DNA of 36,784 bases from Lentisphaeria bacterium (GCA_041690595.1 JAWLHB010000012.1:1-36784), one strand, 5' to 3'; counted from the first letter of the stretch, positions 27,570 through 36,784 are shown. Numbers and translations: made by a program. Notes: generated by a model not told the origin, from the sequence alone.

Positions 27570-27950
27570 TCGGTTTATCTCCTGTTGAGCAGGTTGGCGA
27601 CGGGGTAGAGGCCGTACGTCTCGTGAAAGTGAGCATCGGGCCCGCGACAGGTGTGTTGGCTGCGTTTGCCGTTGTAACGGCAGCGTAAGAAAAGCCGAAG
27701 CTGCTGACAGGCGTAGTAGATCAACCCTTCGACGGCGTCGTAGGGTTGCTGATGCGAACATGCTGCCCTCAGCCCTGCAGCCGTCGGTTGATCCGTTGTA
27801 CCGTCTCATCCAGCGGGTCGGGTCGCCCCGGCCGGGACATAGAGAAGCGGACCGCTGTGCTCCCGGCGCCACGGCGGTGAATTGCGCTTTCATCGACTCC
27901 GTGTATTCATGCGACGGCTTAACGCTTGTCGTGTCAAAAGGCATCATGGG

Positions 27951-30900
27951 TTATTTTTCCGGTTGGATCGTTACGTTTTTTTCAACTTGTATGCCCGTGG
28001 CGACATCGGTTACCGTCACTTTCCAGTCGCCGGCTGGATCGTTGTGGGCAATGGCCAGTGGCACCGTAACACCGCCCAGGCCCCAGGCGTGTTTGCCGCT
28101 GAGCGGGACGACCTTGCGGCCAAGCGGATCGAAGCACTCGATCCGGAAGACTCCACCCTCCGGCAGGCTGCCGTCAGTCACCCGCAGTTGGAGCCGCAAC
28201 TCGACCCGTTCGCCTAGCCGGCAGACAGGTGGTAGTCCGTCAATTTGGATCGTCTCCGCCTTGTACGGCAAAAAAGCCACCATGCCGCCGCGGGCGCGCT
28301 CGACGGTCAGTCGCGCGCGGTCCGCCTCGCCCAGATACTTGCCGGCGCGGCTCTCATAGACATGCGCCTTGCCGGCCGCGTTGATGATCTCGAACGCGCG
28401 CGGTTCAGGATTCGGCAGCACCGCGCCGATCTCGCGTTTGAAGGCGGCGAAACGCGAGGCGCCGTGTTGCCAGACCGCCACGTCGAGCGGTTCCCAGCCG
28501 CCATCCGCCGCCCCGGCGCGCACCGGTGCCTGAAGGCCCTGGGCGCCCAGGAAGGCCGCCACCGCCTGGCGCAATCCCGCGCCGCGCGGTTGGAAGCGAT
28601 CGCGCCGGTAGGTCATGCGCCCGCTTTCAGGCAGATTGAAGAAGAGCGTGTGTCCCTGCCCGACCGGCCGGACCCGGTCGCTCCAAGCGGCCACCGCCTC
28701 GTCGGTCACGGGCGGCATGGTGCTCTTGATCGTGCCCGATTCCACGAAGAGATCCGCCAGCAGCGGATTGTCGTAGCGCTTGAAGCCGTTGCTCACGCCG
28801 GGCACGGTGTCGGCAATCACGAGCCCGCCGCGCTCGACAAACGCGCGGATGCCGGCGGCGACATCTTGATCCAGATTCCAGGCGTAGGGTAGCCACAGCG
28901 CCTTGACGCCGCGCCGTTCCAGCTCGCCGGCCCGGATTTGTTCGCCACCGATAAAATCGGGCCACAGCCCCACGTCCTTGAGCAGGAGATAGGCATGCAT
29001 GGTCGCCTGCAGGCCGGGACGGACACGATCGAGGTTGCGGTGATCGTAGAGGATGGCCACGCCAGGAAAGCCGCGTTCCGAAGTCTTGCACAGCTTGCCG
29101 ATTCCGCTCAGGATGGGCTCCAGCTCCTCATAGGTCCAGGCGAACTGCTTGAAGGCCGAGAAGTCCGGGTTCAATGCCGAGTACCAGCCCTGGCTGTCAA
29201 TTGTGGCGAACCACTGGAAGGTGTCGGCGCCGGCGAGCAGGAAGGTCCAGGGTCCCGAGCGGCTGTAGTCGGGATTGAGGAACTCGTAGTTGTACCAGCC
29301 GCCCAACAGGTCGCCCGGCTTGCGGAGCCCGCGGATCATGTCCTGTTCCATGCCCCAGCCGTAGGGGCCAAGAAAAGTGGCATGCTTTGCCAGCGAAGCC
29401 AGGTTGCCGGCCGGGTACGCCTGCGACAGGCCGGCCATGCCCTCGACGCCCACCTTGGCATCCGCATCGACCCTGCGAATGGCCTCCGTGCCGAAGCCTA
29501 TGCAGCGGGCGAACAATTCCTCGCGGTAGTCCTTGACGGCCACGCCGGGGACCTGTTTCGGGTCGGCCGTCGTGGGCTGCGTATCCGGCAGCGCAATCTC
29601 GTCCCACTTGACGAAGCTGGCGTTCCAAGCCTCGTTCAGGGCCGCGATGGTCTTGTAGCGCGCCTGCATTTGAAGGCGGAAGTCTTCCTGCTCGAAGCCG
29701 GTGGGTGGCCGGAACGGATTGCCGGTGCCCACTTCGTCGCCGAGTCCGTAAAAGTAAACGTTGCGCGACACGCCGACCTCGGCGGCCGCCGCGGAACGCT
29801 CGGCCAGCCGGCGCGCCTGCGCGGCATCGGCCACCTGTCCGCCGTGGCCGATGATGTCAATATAGGCCCAGGTGTACAGGTTGTTGAGATTGTGCCAATC
29901 GAGCGTGGCGGCCAGGTCGCGGTAGTTGGGTCGGCCCTTGTTGAGATTGGCCATGGCGCAACTGGCCTGATAGCGGTCGCGCATGACTTGGGTGGCCAGC
30001 GACACCACCGGATCGCCATAGCCGCCCCACAGCGTGAAGCGGAAGTCGCTCCAAGGCTCGCCCGCGCGCCGCAGCAACAGCAGGCGTTGGTCGCTCACCG
30101 CGCCCGCCCGTGCCAGCTCCACCACCAGCTCGTAGCCCAGGCAGCCGTCCGGCAGGGGCGCGAGCGCGAACGTATCCGCCGTCAGCACCCCGTCCTGCGG
30201 ATCGAAAATCACCTCCTTAACGCCGCGCTCGACCATCCGCCCGAAGCCGTCGTAGAGCCGCCAGCGCAGCTCGCCGAGTTCCCCGGCGCGGAACGCATAC
30301 TTGGTGAAGCTGAAGGTCGCCTCGAGGCGTGGCGCCTGGCCGGCGGCGTACAGGTCGCGGTCGGCCTTGACCTGGCCCAGATACGGGTTCCCCGGCAGGA
30401 CGTCAAGGCACCCGCTGCCCCAGTCCGCCACTTTGCCGTCCAGCAACAGCCGGACATCGGCGAAGGTCGGCCCAACCCGGTCAAGCGTGTGGCCGAAAGC
30501 GACGCCATTGCGGCCCGGTTTCAGCTCGACCGACTGCCTGAGTTCCGTCGGCGCATCCGGTCCGCGGCCGCGCAGCGTCAGACGGATCTCCGCCTTGAGG
30601 TCCGCGGCGCCGGCGTTGAACGCCTCGATTCGCCACTGGCCCCGCTGGCCGGGTGTCAGCCGCGGCTCGACCACGGCCGATTCAAAGACGATCTGGCGCA
30701 GTTCGGCCTTGGTCTCGCGTCCGGCGGCCCACAGCGCCGCCCGCGCCGCCGCGCCCACGGCATAGTCGTAATCGAACGCGTCGAAGAGGACCGACGTGAA
30801 CCCCGTCTCGGTGTCGCCGGTCATGGCGTAGGAGATGTCCGGAGTCAGGCACTGGTAGGTCGAGGCGGTAGTGCGCTGGTAGAGATCGTAGATCAGCAGC

Positions 30901-32276
30901 CGGCCCTGGCCGACCCGGCCCGCGCGAAACAAGGCCGCGGGCTCGCGGCGGCCCAGTTGCGGCGCGAACATCGGCAGGTGCCGCCAGGGAATGCCGTCAA
31001 GCAGTTGGCGGGCGTCCGCCCCTTCCACCGGCGCGACCCGCGCTTCGAGCTTGCGGCCTTCGGTGGTCTCCGCCCAGCCCGCATGGAAACCACCGCCGAC
31101 ATTCATCTTGACGCCGTCTCCCGCGCACCAAGGGGTCACCAGCAACAAACCACCGCCGGCTTCGACGTAGGCCAGGATGGCGGAACGGGTGGATTCGGCC
31201 AGCAAGTCCCACGGGTAGGCGGCCAGGATGACGACATCGGGACGGCGCTCGCGCAACGCCTGCTCGATCGGCAGCCCACGCTTCTCCACCTGGTCGCGAT
31301 TGGTCATCAGATTCGGCAGCAGATTCGGCAGGCCAACGACCTCGATGTCGATCTCCGCCCGCTGAGCCAGCTCGACGAACTCGCGGGTCTTCTGATGTTC
31401 CGCGATGCATAGCGCCCGCAACGGACCGCCAGCCAGCGGGCGCGCCCAGGCGACATGCGGCGTCTCGACGGCCCGCGCCGGGTCAACGCGCTGCAGCGTC
31501 AAGACATCTTCCTCGGCTGGCGGCGGCGGGAACGACGCGCCCGCCGCGGTGGGCAGCTCCTCCTCCTTCAGCATCCGGTCATAGAGCTTGAAGTCGTCGA
31601 GGACGAAATCGCCGCCGCCCTGGCCGTCGTCGCGCGACCCCAGCCAGATCGTGCCGCCGTGCCCGTCCAACGGCCCGGATTTCCATTCGCGCTTTTCGCC
31701 ACGGCCGTTGAAGTAGTCGGAACGGAGCTGTTGACCGACGCTGTAGGCGATGGCCACATGGGTCCACTCGCCCCGCCGCAACTGCTTGCTGGCGACCGTG
31801 CCGTTGATCACTCCCCACAGATAGTCCGGCGCGATAACCTCGCCAAAGCCCTTGCCCACGAACAGGCGGTTGGGGCCGTCGCCCACGCTGTCGCGCTTCG
31901 CCGGGTCGTTGGGAATATCGAGGATCGGGTGCGAGAGGCCGTCGTTTACCTCCCAGAGCGGCTTGATCCAGAAGCTGATCGTGAACTCGCCTTGGCGGAT
32001 GCAGGCGGGCGCCGGCACCGTCAGGTGAGCCTGGCCCGCTAGCCACACCGCCTGGCCAAACTTTCCCTCCACAAATGTCGGCCCATTGTGCGGCTCCGCC
32101 GCGCCGTTGCCCGCGGCGGGCGCCATGGCACCGTCGAACGGAAGATGCAGCACCGGTACGGAATCGGCCGCCATGGCTGCAATCGAGAGAAGAAAGACAG
32201 TCGCGACCATGCCAAACCGCGGCAGCCATGAGCCGCTGAAAATCTTGCGCATTACCCTCTGAATTAACGTGTTCAT
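27951..32276 (-). CDS. large secreted LamG/concanavalin-like plus GH42-like multidomain protein
   Basis: Signal peptide ending AMA-ADS. LamG motifs LHLPFDG, EGKFGQAV, FTISFWIKP, WTHVAI and LDDFKLYDRML. VETPHVAWARPLAGG; GH42-like LGDE...RYKTIAALNEAW; trimerisation-like FVERGGLVIAD; C-terminal NDPAGDWKVTVTDVATG. Confidence 0.85.
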   Translation of the reverse strand: MNTLIQRVMRKIFSGSWLPRFGMVATVFLLSIAAMAADSVPVLHLPFDGAMAPAAGNGAAEPHNGPTFVEGKFGQAVWLAGQAHLTVPAPACIRQGEFTISFWIKPLWEVNDGLSHPILDIPNDPAKRDSVGDGPNRLFVGKGFGEVIAPDYLWGVINGTVASKQLRRGEWTHVAIAYSVGQQLRSDYFNGRGEKREWKSGPLDGHGGTIWLGSRDDGQGGGDFVLDDFKLYDRMLKEEELPTAAGASFPPPPAEEDVLTLQRVDPARAVETPHVAWARPLAGGPLRALCIAEHQKTREFVELAQRAEIDIEVVGLPNLLPNLMTNRDQVEKRGLPIEQALRERRPDVVILAAYPWDLLAESTRSAILAYVEAGGGLLLVTPWCAGDGVKMNVGGGFHAGWAETTEGRKLEARVAPVEGADARQLLDGIPWRHLPMFAPQLGRREPAALFRAGRVGQGRLLIYDLYQRTTASTYQCLTPDISYAMTGDTETGFTSVLFDAFDYDYAVGAAARAALWAAGRETKAELRQIVFESAVVEPRLTPGQRGQWRIEAFNAGAADLKAEIRLTLRGRGPDAPTELRQSVELKPGRNGVAFGHTLDRVGPTFADVRLLLDGKVADWGSGCLDVLPGNPYLGQVKADRDLYAAGQAPRLEATFSFTKYAFRAGELGELRWRLYDGFGRMVERGVKEVIFDPQDGVLTADTFALAPLPDGCLGYELVVELARAGAVSDQRLLLLRRAGEPWSDFRFTLWGGYGDPVVSLATQVMRDRYQASCAMANLNKGRPNYRDLAATLDWHNLNNLYTWAYIDIIGHGGQVADAAQARRLAERSAAAAEVGVSRNVYFYGLGDEVGTGNPFRPPTGFEQEDFRLQMQARYKTIAALNEAWNASFVKWDEIALPDTQPTTADPKQVPGVAVKDYREELFARCIGFGTEAIRRVDADAKVGVEGMAGLSQAYPAGNLASLAKHATFLGPYGWGMEQDMIRGLRKPGDLLGGWYNYEFLNPDYSRSGPWTFLLAGADTFQWFATIDSQGWYSALNPDFSAFKQFAWTYEELEPILSGIGKLCKTSERGFPGVAILYDHRNLDRVRPGLQATMHAYLLLKDVGLWPDFIGGEQIRAGELERRGVKALWLPYAWNLDQDVAAGIRAFVERGGLVIADTVPGVSNGFKRYDNPLLADLFVESGTIKSTMPPVTDEAVAAWSDRVRPVGQGHTLFFNLPESGRMTYRRDRFQPRGAGLRQAVAAFLGAQGLQAPVRAGAADGGWEPLDVAVWQHGASRFAAFKREIGAVLPNPEPRAFEIINAAGKAHVYESRAGKYLGEADRARLTVERARGGMVAFLPYKAETIQIDGLPPVCRLGERVELRLQLRVTDGSLPEGGVFRIECFDPLGRKVVPLSGKHAWGLGGVTVPLAIAHNDPAGDWKVTVTDVATGIQVEKNVTIQPEK

Positions 32277-32277
32277 A

Positions 32278-32433
32278 TCAATTCCCCACAACCACCAGCA
32301 GCTCTATGAGCGTGAATGGCCGACTTTGCCCCCCCTTGCCGACCTTACTCATCCCGGCGCGGAGTGATAGCAGGCTTCCTCTGAATTGGCTTTCATCCCG
32401 TATATGCATCTTTTCAAGTGCAACTCGATTCAT
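32278..32433 (-). pseudogene. truncated prepilin/DUF1559-like gene stub (51 aa)
   Basis: AAGGAG RBS before ATG 32433. The ORF reaches [13 protein letters not shown] and then stops, 1 nt before the LamG gene ATG. Confidence 0.75.
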
Positions 32434-32530
32434 GGCGAAACTCCTTGATGACCGCTTCGTTGGATTTTCTTTCACCGGCTTCGTCAGCCATCTCAGGGGG
32501 AGACGGTGGCATGCCGACAAACTCGCTGCC

Positions 32531-33634
32531 TCATCTGCTCTGATTGTTGCCGATATGGGCAGGTACATCCGGCTTCGGCTGGCTGCCTGGGCATGCATCA
32601 ACAAGCCTGACGAGCGGCATTGTCGGGGGCGGCGGAGGCTCGCGCCCTTCCATGCGGGCCATCAGCAGATCGGCCAGAGCATGAGCATGCCGATCTGGAT
32701 CCACCTCGAGCCGAGAAACAGGATAACCGCTGGCCAAACCGCTGCCCCGCGTGCACTGGGTGACCACCAGCAAAGGATCCGGCATGCCGATGCGTAGCTC
32801 GTTGATCGCGATGAGCGCATCCCGGAAGAGAAACTCGTCGGTGATCAGCAAGCCGTCAGGTTTCTCCCTGTCGCTGCCCCAGACCTCGCGAAGCTCTTCC
32901 CAGGCAGCGCCACGAGCAAGGGCATGAAAATCGGCTTTCAACCAGCTTTCCCGAAACGGCATGCCAGCCTTATGCAGCTCGTCCTTCCACAACTGCCGCG
33001 TCACTGGCACCTCGGCATCGTCGAAGGTCAGACACGCCAATCGCGTGCGGCCTTGACTCTGCAAGTGCCGGATCCCCAGTTGCATCACCTCCTCCAGATG
33101 CGTCTCCTCGGCACCGTCAAGACCCGGCGCATCCCCGACAACCGGCACGGACTGGGCCTTGAGCGGCTGCACCCAGTTTGGGTCGGCGTGGGTGTGGATA
33201 CCAATCACCCCTTGGAGACGGCGGGCGAGAATGTCCTCGGCGAATTCCGGACAGCTCGGCCACGTATTGTCGTCCCAGGCATTCAGGCCCAGATACACAC
33301 GGCTGTAGTAGCCGGCCGCCAACAGCCGGCGGCGCATCTGCTGGATGGCCTGAAGCCGAAAATAGGAGGGAAAAGGCTGTACCACGTCGGCGCGGGTATA
33401 AATGCCAACCCAGCCGCGCGGTCGCACGCGGACGTATACCCCGCTTCCATGACGCCGCTCCAGCAAACCGTCATGACAGAGCAACAGAATTGCCTCCCGC
33501 AGTGTCGCCATCGATACCCCGGCCCGCCGAGCAAGCTGGGCCTCGGGCGGCAACGGGTCACCAGGAAGGTACTTGCGAAGCAAATCCTTCCGCAGGCGAT
33601 CGTAAACCTTCTCATGGAGTGGTGATCGTTTCAT
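32531..33634 (-). CDS. GntR-family transcriptional regulator with LacI-type sugar-binding domain
   Basis: wHTH PGDPLPPEAQLARRAGVSMATLREAILLLCHDGLLERRHGSGVYV. C-terminal periplasmic-binding-like domain (HLQSQGRTRLA, KPDGLLITDE, IGMPDPLLVV). Confidence 0.93.
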   Translation of the reverse strand: MKRSPLHEKVYDRLRKDLLRKYLPGDPLPPEAQLARRAGVSMATLREAILLLCHDGLLERRHGSGVYVRVRPRGWVGIYTRADVVQPFPSYFRLQAIQQMRRRLLAAGYYSRVYLGLNAWDDNTWPSCPEFAEDILARRLQGVIGIHTHADPNWVQPLKAQSVPVVGDAPGLDGAEETHLEEVMQLGIRHLQSQGRTRLACLTFDDAEVPVTRQLWKDELHKAGMPFRESWLKADFHALARGAAWEELREVWGSDREKPDGLLITDEFLFRDALIAINELRIGMPDPLLVVTQCTRGSGLASGYPVSRLEVDPDRHAHALADLLMARMEGREPPPPPTMPLVRLVDACPGSQPKPDVPAHIGNNQSR

Positions 33635-33640
33635 CCGTTA

Positions 33641-33668
33641 AGCTTATCAGATATCTGATGACTTGCAA
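33641..33668 (-). promoter_or_regulatory. gntR promoter with a perfect palindromic operator in the spacer
   Basis: Minus strand: TTGCAA (33668-33663), 16 bp, then TAAGCT with TGn extension. The perfect 14-bp palindrome ATCAGATATCTGAT at 33646-33659 lies between the boxes. Confidence 0.7.
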
Positions 33669-33803
33669 GGGCCGGTGCAGAATTTTCCCCCGAACACGTT
33701 GTACCGACCGGCGGCTTCCGTCCCAGACAGTTTCTACAAAGCCCGCTTGCCTTTTTGACGAAAAGCTGGCATCATTAAACCCTGTACAAACGGAGGAACA
33801 GGG

Positions 33804-34061
33804 ATGCGCTACGACTACTCTTGCGATAGCACCGGCCAGGTGGTGGAAGTTCAACATGGCATGAACGAACGATTCGAGACGTGGGGGGCGCTCTGCGAAC
33901 GGGCGGGTCTCCCGCTCGGCAATACGCCTCCAGAGGCTCCGGTGCGTCGCCTCATCAGCGGCGGAAACCTCCTGCTGAGCAAGTCCAACCAGATTGCCCC
34001 TCCAGCGGAAGCATCCCGCAAACCCGCCGGCCACAAACCCTCCTGTTCCTGCTGTCACTGA
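33804..34061 (+). CDS. FmdB-type zinc ribbon family small protein
   Basis: MRYDYSC..TGQVVEVQHGM...TWGALC...TPPEAPVRRLISGG with a Cys/His-rich tail. GGAGG RBS. Confidence 0.82.
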   Translation: MRYDYSCDSTGQVVEVQHGMNERFETWGALCERAGLPLGNTPPEAPVRRLISGGNLLLSKSNQIAPPAEASRKPAGHKPSCSCCH

Positions 34062-34068
34062 CACGCAG

Positions 34069-36285
34069 TCAGACGAGATCGAGCTTGCTGCGGACGTACC
34101 ATTCGGCGGTAAAGAGGGCAAGCAGCAGGATCAGGATCCAGGCTTTGTTCCAGAGCGGCTGCTGATCGGTAGACGGCACGCGAAGGGGCTCGTAGGAGAT
34201 CGACTCCAGCTCCTTGACAACGTCGTCGAGGGGGACAAAGGCGCCGCCGGTGTGCTCGGCCAGAATCTGAAGAAACTGGCGGTCGATGGGGCGGCCGGTA
34301 AGTTCGAGCTGGGGTTCGGAGACGAGGATCATCGTGGAAGCGGTATCGCCTGTCCTGGCATCCTTGACCTCGATCTGGTACTCCCCAGGCATGCCGGGAA
34401 CGAAGGAGGTGCGGTAGCCGTTGACCTGCTGCTCGAGCCCTACATCCTTGCCGAGACTGGCAGCCGCGAGTGGCTGGCGCAGCTGACGCTTGTCGGGGAG
34501 GGTGATCAGCGCTTCGAGGCTGGCGTTGACTGAGCCACCGGCAACATCGCCGAAGACAGCCCCGATGGTAACCTGCTGCCGCACTTCGGCCTCGCCGGAG
34601 GAGGTGAAGAGCTGCAGCGCCTCGGAATGCTCGACTTCCTGCTGCTGGGGCGAGAGCCAATAAACCAGTTGTGTCATGAAGGTATCGTAAACCCCCTTGC
34701 CTTCACCCGTCTGAGAGGCACCAAGCTGCCAGCGCCAGAGGGAATCCGAGAGCACCGCCGCCACCTTCCCCTGACCATAGCGGTTGACGAGGAGCAGGGG
34801 CGAACCGTCCGCGACCTCGAGCAGCGCAGCGGCGGAGGGCTTCTTCTCGACCGGTCCCCAGATGCTGAGGATGCTGGGGAAGACTTCCTCATCGGCAAGT
34901 CCAGCGAGAACGGGATGCGTCCGGCCGATGGAGGTGGGGGCGACGGAGAAACGCCCTTCGCCGCCCTGACTCTCAGGCAGCGCATTGAAGGGCAGGAGCT
35001 GGTTCATGATCTCGGAAGACGGCCAGCCTTCGGTGCCGTAGGCCCTGCGTCCGCCGAGAAACAGCACCGCCCCACCCTTTTCGACATACTCGAGCAGCGC
35101 CTGCTGCTGTTCCGGACGCAGCGCGGTGGCAGCCATCTCGCCAAGTATGATGACGCGATACTCCACCAGACTCTCGGCAGTGAACTCCGGCAGGGCTCCA
35201 AGAGAGGCCGACTCCGTGCTTTCGGAGAAGTTGATGAAGACCCCCTCCCCACTCTGCACGAAGGCGGAAATGTGGTAGTTCTTCTCCTTGACCAAGGCTC
35301 GTTTGACGAACTTGAACTCCCAGCGAGGCGTACCTTCCAGGTAGAGAACGCGATTGCGCGGATCGGTGATGTCGATAACGAACTGGCGGCTGTTGTTGGA
35401 GGACTCTTCGTCTTGTTCAGGCTCGAGATCGATGCGATAGGTCATGCGGCCGACCATGAAGGGCTCGATGGTGAAGGTCACCTGCTGCAGCATCTCACCT
35501 TCGGCAAAGGTGGCAAACCCGGATCGGATCCGTTCGCCCCGCTGCGAGAGATGGACCGGACAGACCAGCTTGCCCCGCCCCCCCGTGCGCTTGACGGTGA
35601 CATCGATCTGCCCCTTCCAGTTGACCACCAGCATCTCCGGATGCTTGATGTCACCGATGAAGAGATCACTCCCCGCTTCAGCCTTCTGCTGCCGGGGCGG
35701 GGTCAGCTCGGGAACGATCAGCGGCACCCGCCGCGCCTGGGCCTCGAGTTCACCGGCGGATTGGTCAAGCCCGTCTGTCAACAGCAGGATGCCGGCGAGA
35801 TTCGAGCCTCGATGGAGACGGGCGACTTCGTTGACGGCGTTGACGATGTGCGTGCGGGGGGCGTTGAAAAGCAGCTCGCTTGGATCGCGCTTCGACTGCT
35901 TCTCCAGGTCAGCCCCGAATTCGTACCAGAGCACCTCATAGCGGTCGAACACGCGACGGAGAGGCCGGCTGTCCAGAAGGAGGCGCATGTTCTCGACGCG
36001 CAGGCGGTTGTTCTCTCCGGGCGAATCGAGCATGCTGGCCGAGGTGTCGATCAGCACGGCCATCGCGGGAGGCTCGACCTTCTCACGCAGGCGCAGCAAC
36101 TCCGGCTGCAGGAGCAGAGCTGCCAGGACGAGGATGGTCGCCAGGCGGACACCGATAAGGGCCAGCTGGTGACGCAGGCTGAGAGTGCAGCGCCCATAGG
36201 TCAGCCAGATGCCGATCAAGCCGAAGCCGACGCAAAGGACGATGAGCCAAATGGGGATGACGGGATGGAGGGTAATGCTCGTCAT
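34069..36285 (-). CDS. membrane protein with VWA-like and GATase-like (DUF1355-type) domains
   Basis: Two N-terminal TM segments, MIDAS-like LIDTSASM and LLTDG, RVLYLEGTPRWEFKF, YVEKGGAVLFLGG, YGQGKV...SLWRW, and C-terminal TM ending AEWYVR. ATG 36285 overlaps the upstream stop. Confidence 0.85.
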   Translation of the reverse strand: MTSITLHPVIPIWLIVLCVGFGLIGIWLTYGRCTLSLRHQLALIGVRLATILVLAALLLQPELLRLREKVEPPAMAVLIDTSASMLDSPGENNRLRVENMRLLLDSRPLRRVFDRYEVLWYEFGADLEKQSKRDPSELLFNAPRTHIVNAVNEVARLHRGSNLAGILLLTDGLDQSAGELEAQARRVPLIVPELTPPRQQKAEAGSDLFIGDIKHPEMLVVNWKGQIDVTVKRTGGRGKLVCPVHLSQRGERIRSGFATFAEGEMLQQVTFTIEPFMVGRMTYRIDLEPEQDEESSNNSRQFVIDITDPRNRVLYLEGTPRWEFKFVKRALVKEKNYHISAFVQSGEGVFINFSESTESASLGALPEFTAESLVEYRVIILGEMAATALRPEQQQALLEYVEKGGAVLFLGGRRAYGTEGWPSSEIMNQLLPFNALPESQGGEGRFSVAPTSIGRTHPVLAGLADEEVFPSILSIWGPVEKKPSAAALLEVADGSPLLLVNRYGQGKVAAVLSDSLWRWQLGASQTGEGKGVYDTFMTQLVYWLSPQQQEVEHSEALQLFTSSGEAEVRQQVTIGAVFGDVAGGSVNASLEALITLPDKRQLRQPLAAASLGKDVGLEQQVNGYRTSFVPGMPGEYQIEVKDARTGDTASTMILVSEPQLELTGRPIDRQFLQILAEHTGGAFVPLDDVVKELESISYEPLRVPSTDQQPLWNKAWILILLLALFTAEWYVRSKLDLV

Positions 36286-36784
36286 GCGCGGTTCCACCTC
36301 AGCAGGCGCTTGATGGTTTCCGGTGCATCCTGCCCCCAACTGCGAATGTTGGCGACCAGCTCCTCGATGATGCCGAGCAGGAAGGCGAGGAGGAGCAGCC
36401 ATGGCCAGAGCGGCTGCCCGTGAGTCATGCCGGCCATGTGGTCGCGATGTCGAGCCCAGTCGCGAGACTGGAAGGGGCTGGCAGGCTGGAGCGATGCCGC
36501 CAGTTCTTCTTCACCGATTTCGGCCAATTGCGATTCCTGCGTCGGCACATTCACCGCCAGATGACGACTCTGTGGCGGATCGCTGTCGAGGTCGACGCGA
36601 TAGAGTCCGGGCAGGCGCAGCCCCCCCTGCACAAAAGGCTGGTCGGCGGTGGCACGATCGAGGACGATGCGCCGCCGCTTGCCGCCAGGTTCGAGAAGGG
36701 TACCGGTCAACCGCTTTTCGTCGCCCGGCCAATGCAGTTCGGCCAGTTGGCCGACCTCCAGGCGGGATGTCCGCTGGCGGTTGC
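36282..36784 (-). CDS. C-terminal part of a BatA/VWA-type membrane protein (5' end outside the window)
   Basis: The frame is open to the window edge. PGLYRV...LAVNV...ESQL...PLWPWLLLLAFLLGIIE is the typical tail of BatA-domain proteins. Confidence 0.75.
   Translation of the reverse strand, partial: NRQRTSRLEVGQLAELHWPGDEKRLTGTLLEPGGKRRRIVLDRATADQPFVQGGLRLPGLYRVDLDSDPPQSRHLAVNVPTQESQLAEIGEEELAASLQPASPFQSRDWARHRDHMAGMTHGQPLWPWLLLLAFLLGIIEELVANIRSWGQDAPETIKRLLRWNRA

Noticed and set aside
27570..27947. 126-aa N-terminal extension of the prepilin-like ORF
   Set aside because: The translation is not protein-like, there is a clear AGGAG RBS before ATG 27569, and prepilin motifs lie near the N-terminus.
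28938..31412. Long antisense ORFs (824 aa here; also 3729-5477, 7156-8691, 25159-26718, 34627-36423)
   Set aside because: They are shadow frames opposite well-supported genes in high-GC DNA and have no recognisable motifs.

Overview
GC-rich bacterial chromosomal window. The DUF1559-type prepilin-like genes, GntR/LacI-hybrid regulator and DUF4838 gene suggest a PVC-superphylum organism, probably Lentisphaerae- or Planctomycetes-like (inference). Four blocks. (1) 1-3.0 kb is a strongly G-skewed island. It holds a mosaic array of structured repeats (five 97-bp units, GTGG-hairpin REP-like modules, shuffled linkers), a sigma70-like promoter and an orphan phage terminase small subunit gene. That gene's 3' part has 7x12-bp tandem repeats and in-frame copies of the same hairpin repeat. 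(2) 3.0-12.9 kb, + strand: a large secreted protein coupled to a Zn-dependent deaminase, egtB-egtD, a Ser/Thr kinase with TerB-like C-terminal repeats, a SAM methyltransferase with one in-frame TAG, and small hypotheticals. (3) 12.9-33.7 kb, - strand: a carbohydrate-utilisation locus with no transporter gene. It contains a GntR regulator with a palindromic operator, a truncated prepilin stub, a LamG/GH42-like protein, a DUF1559-like prepilin protein, DUF4838, GH95-, GH78- and GH42-like enzymes and two unassigned GH-like proteins. (4) 33.8-36.8 kb: an FmdB-type zinc ribbon gene and the end of a BatA/VWA-type membrane operon. No CRISPR array, tRNA, rRNA, integrase or transposase was recognised. 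All family assignments come from reading motifs by eye, not from database searches.
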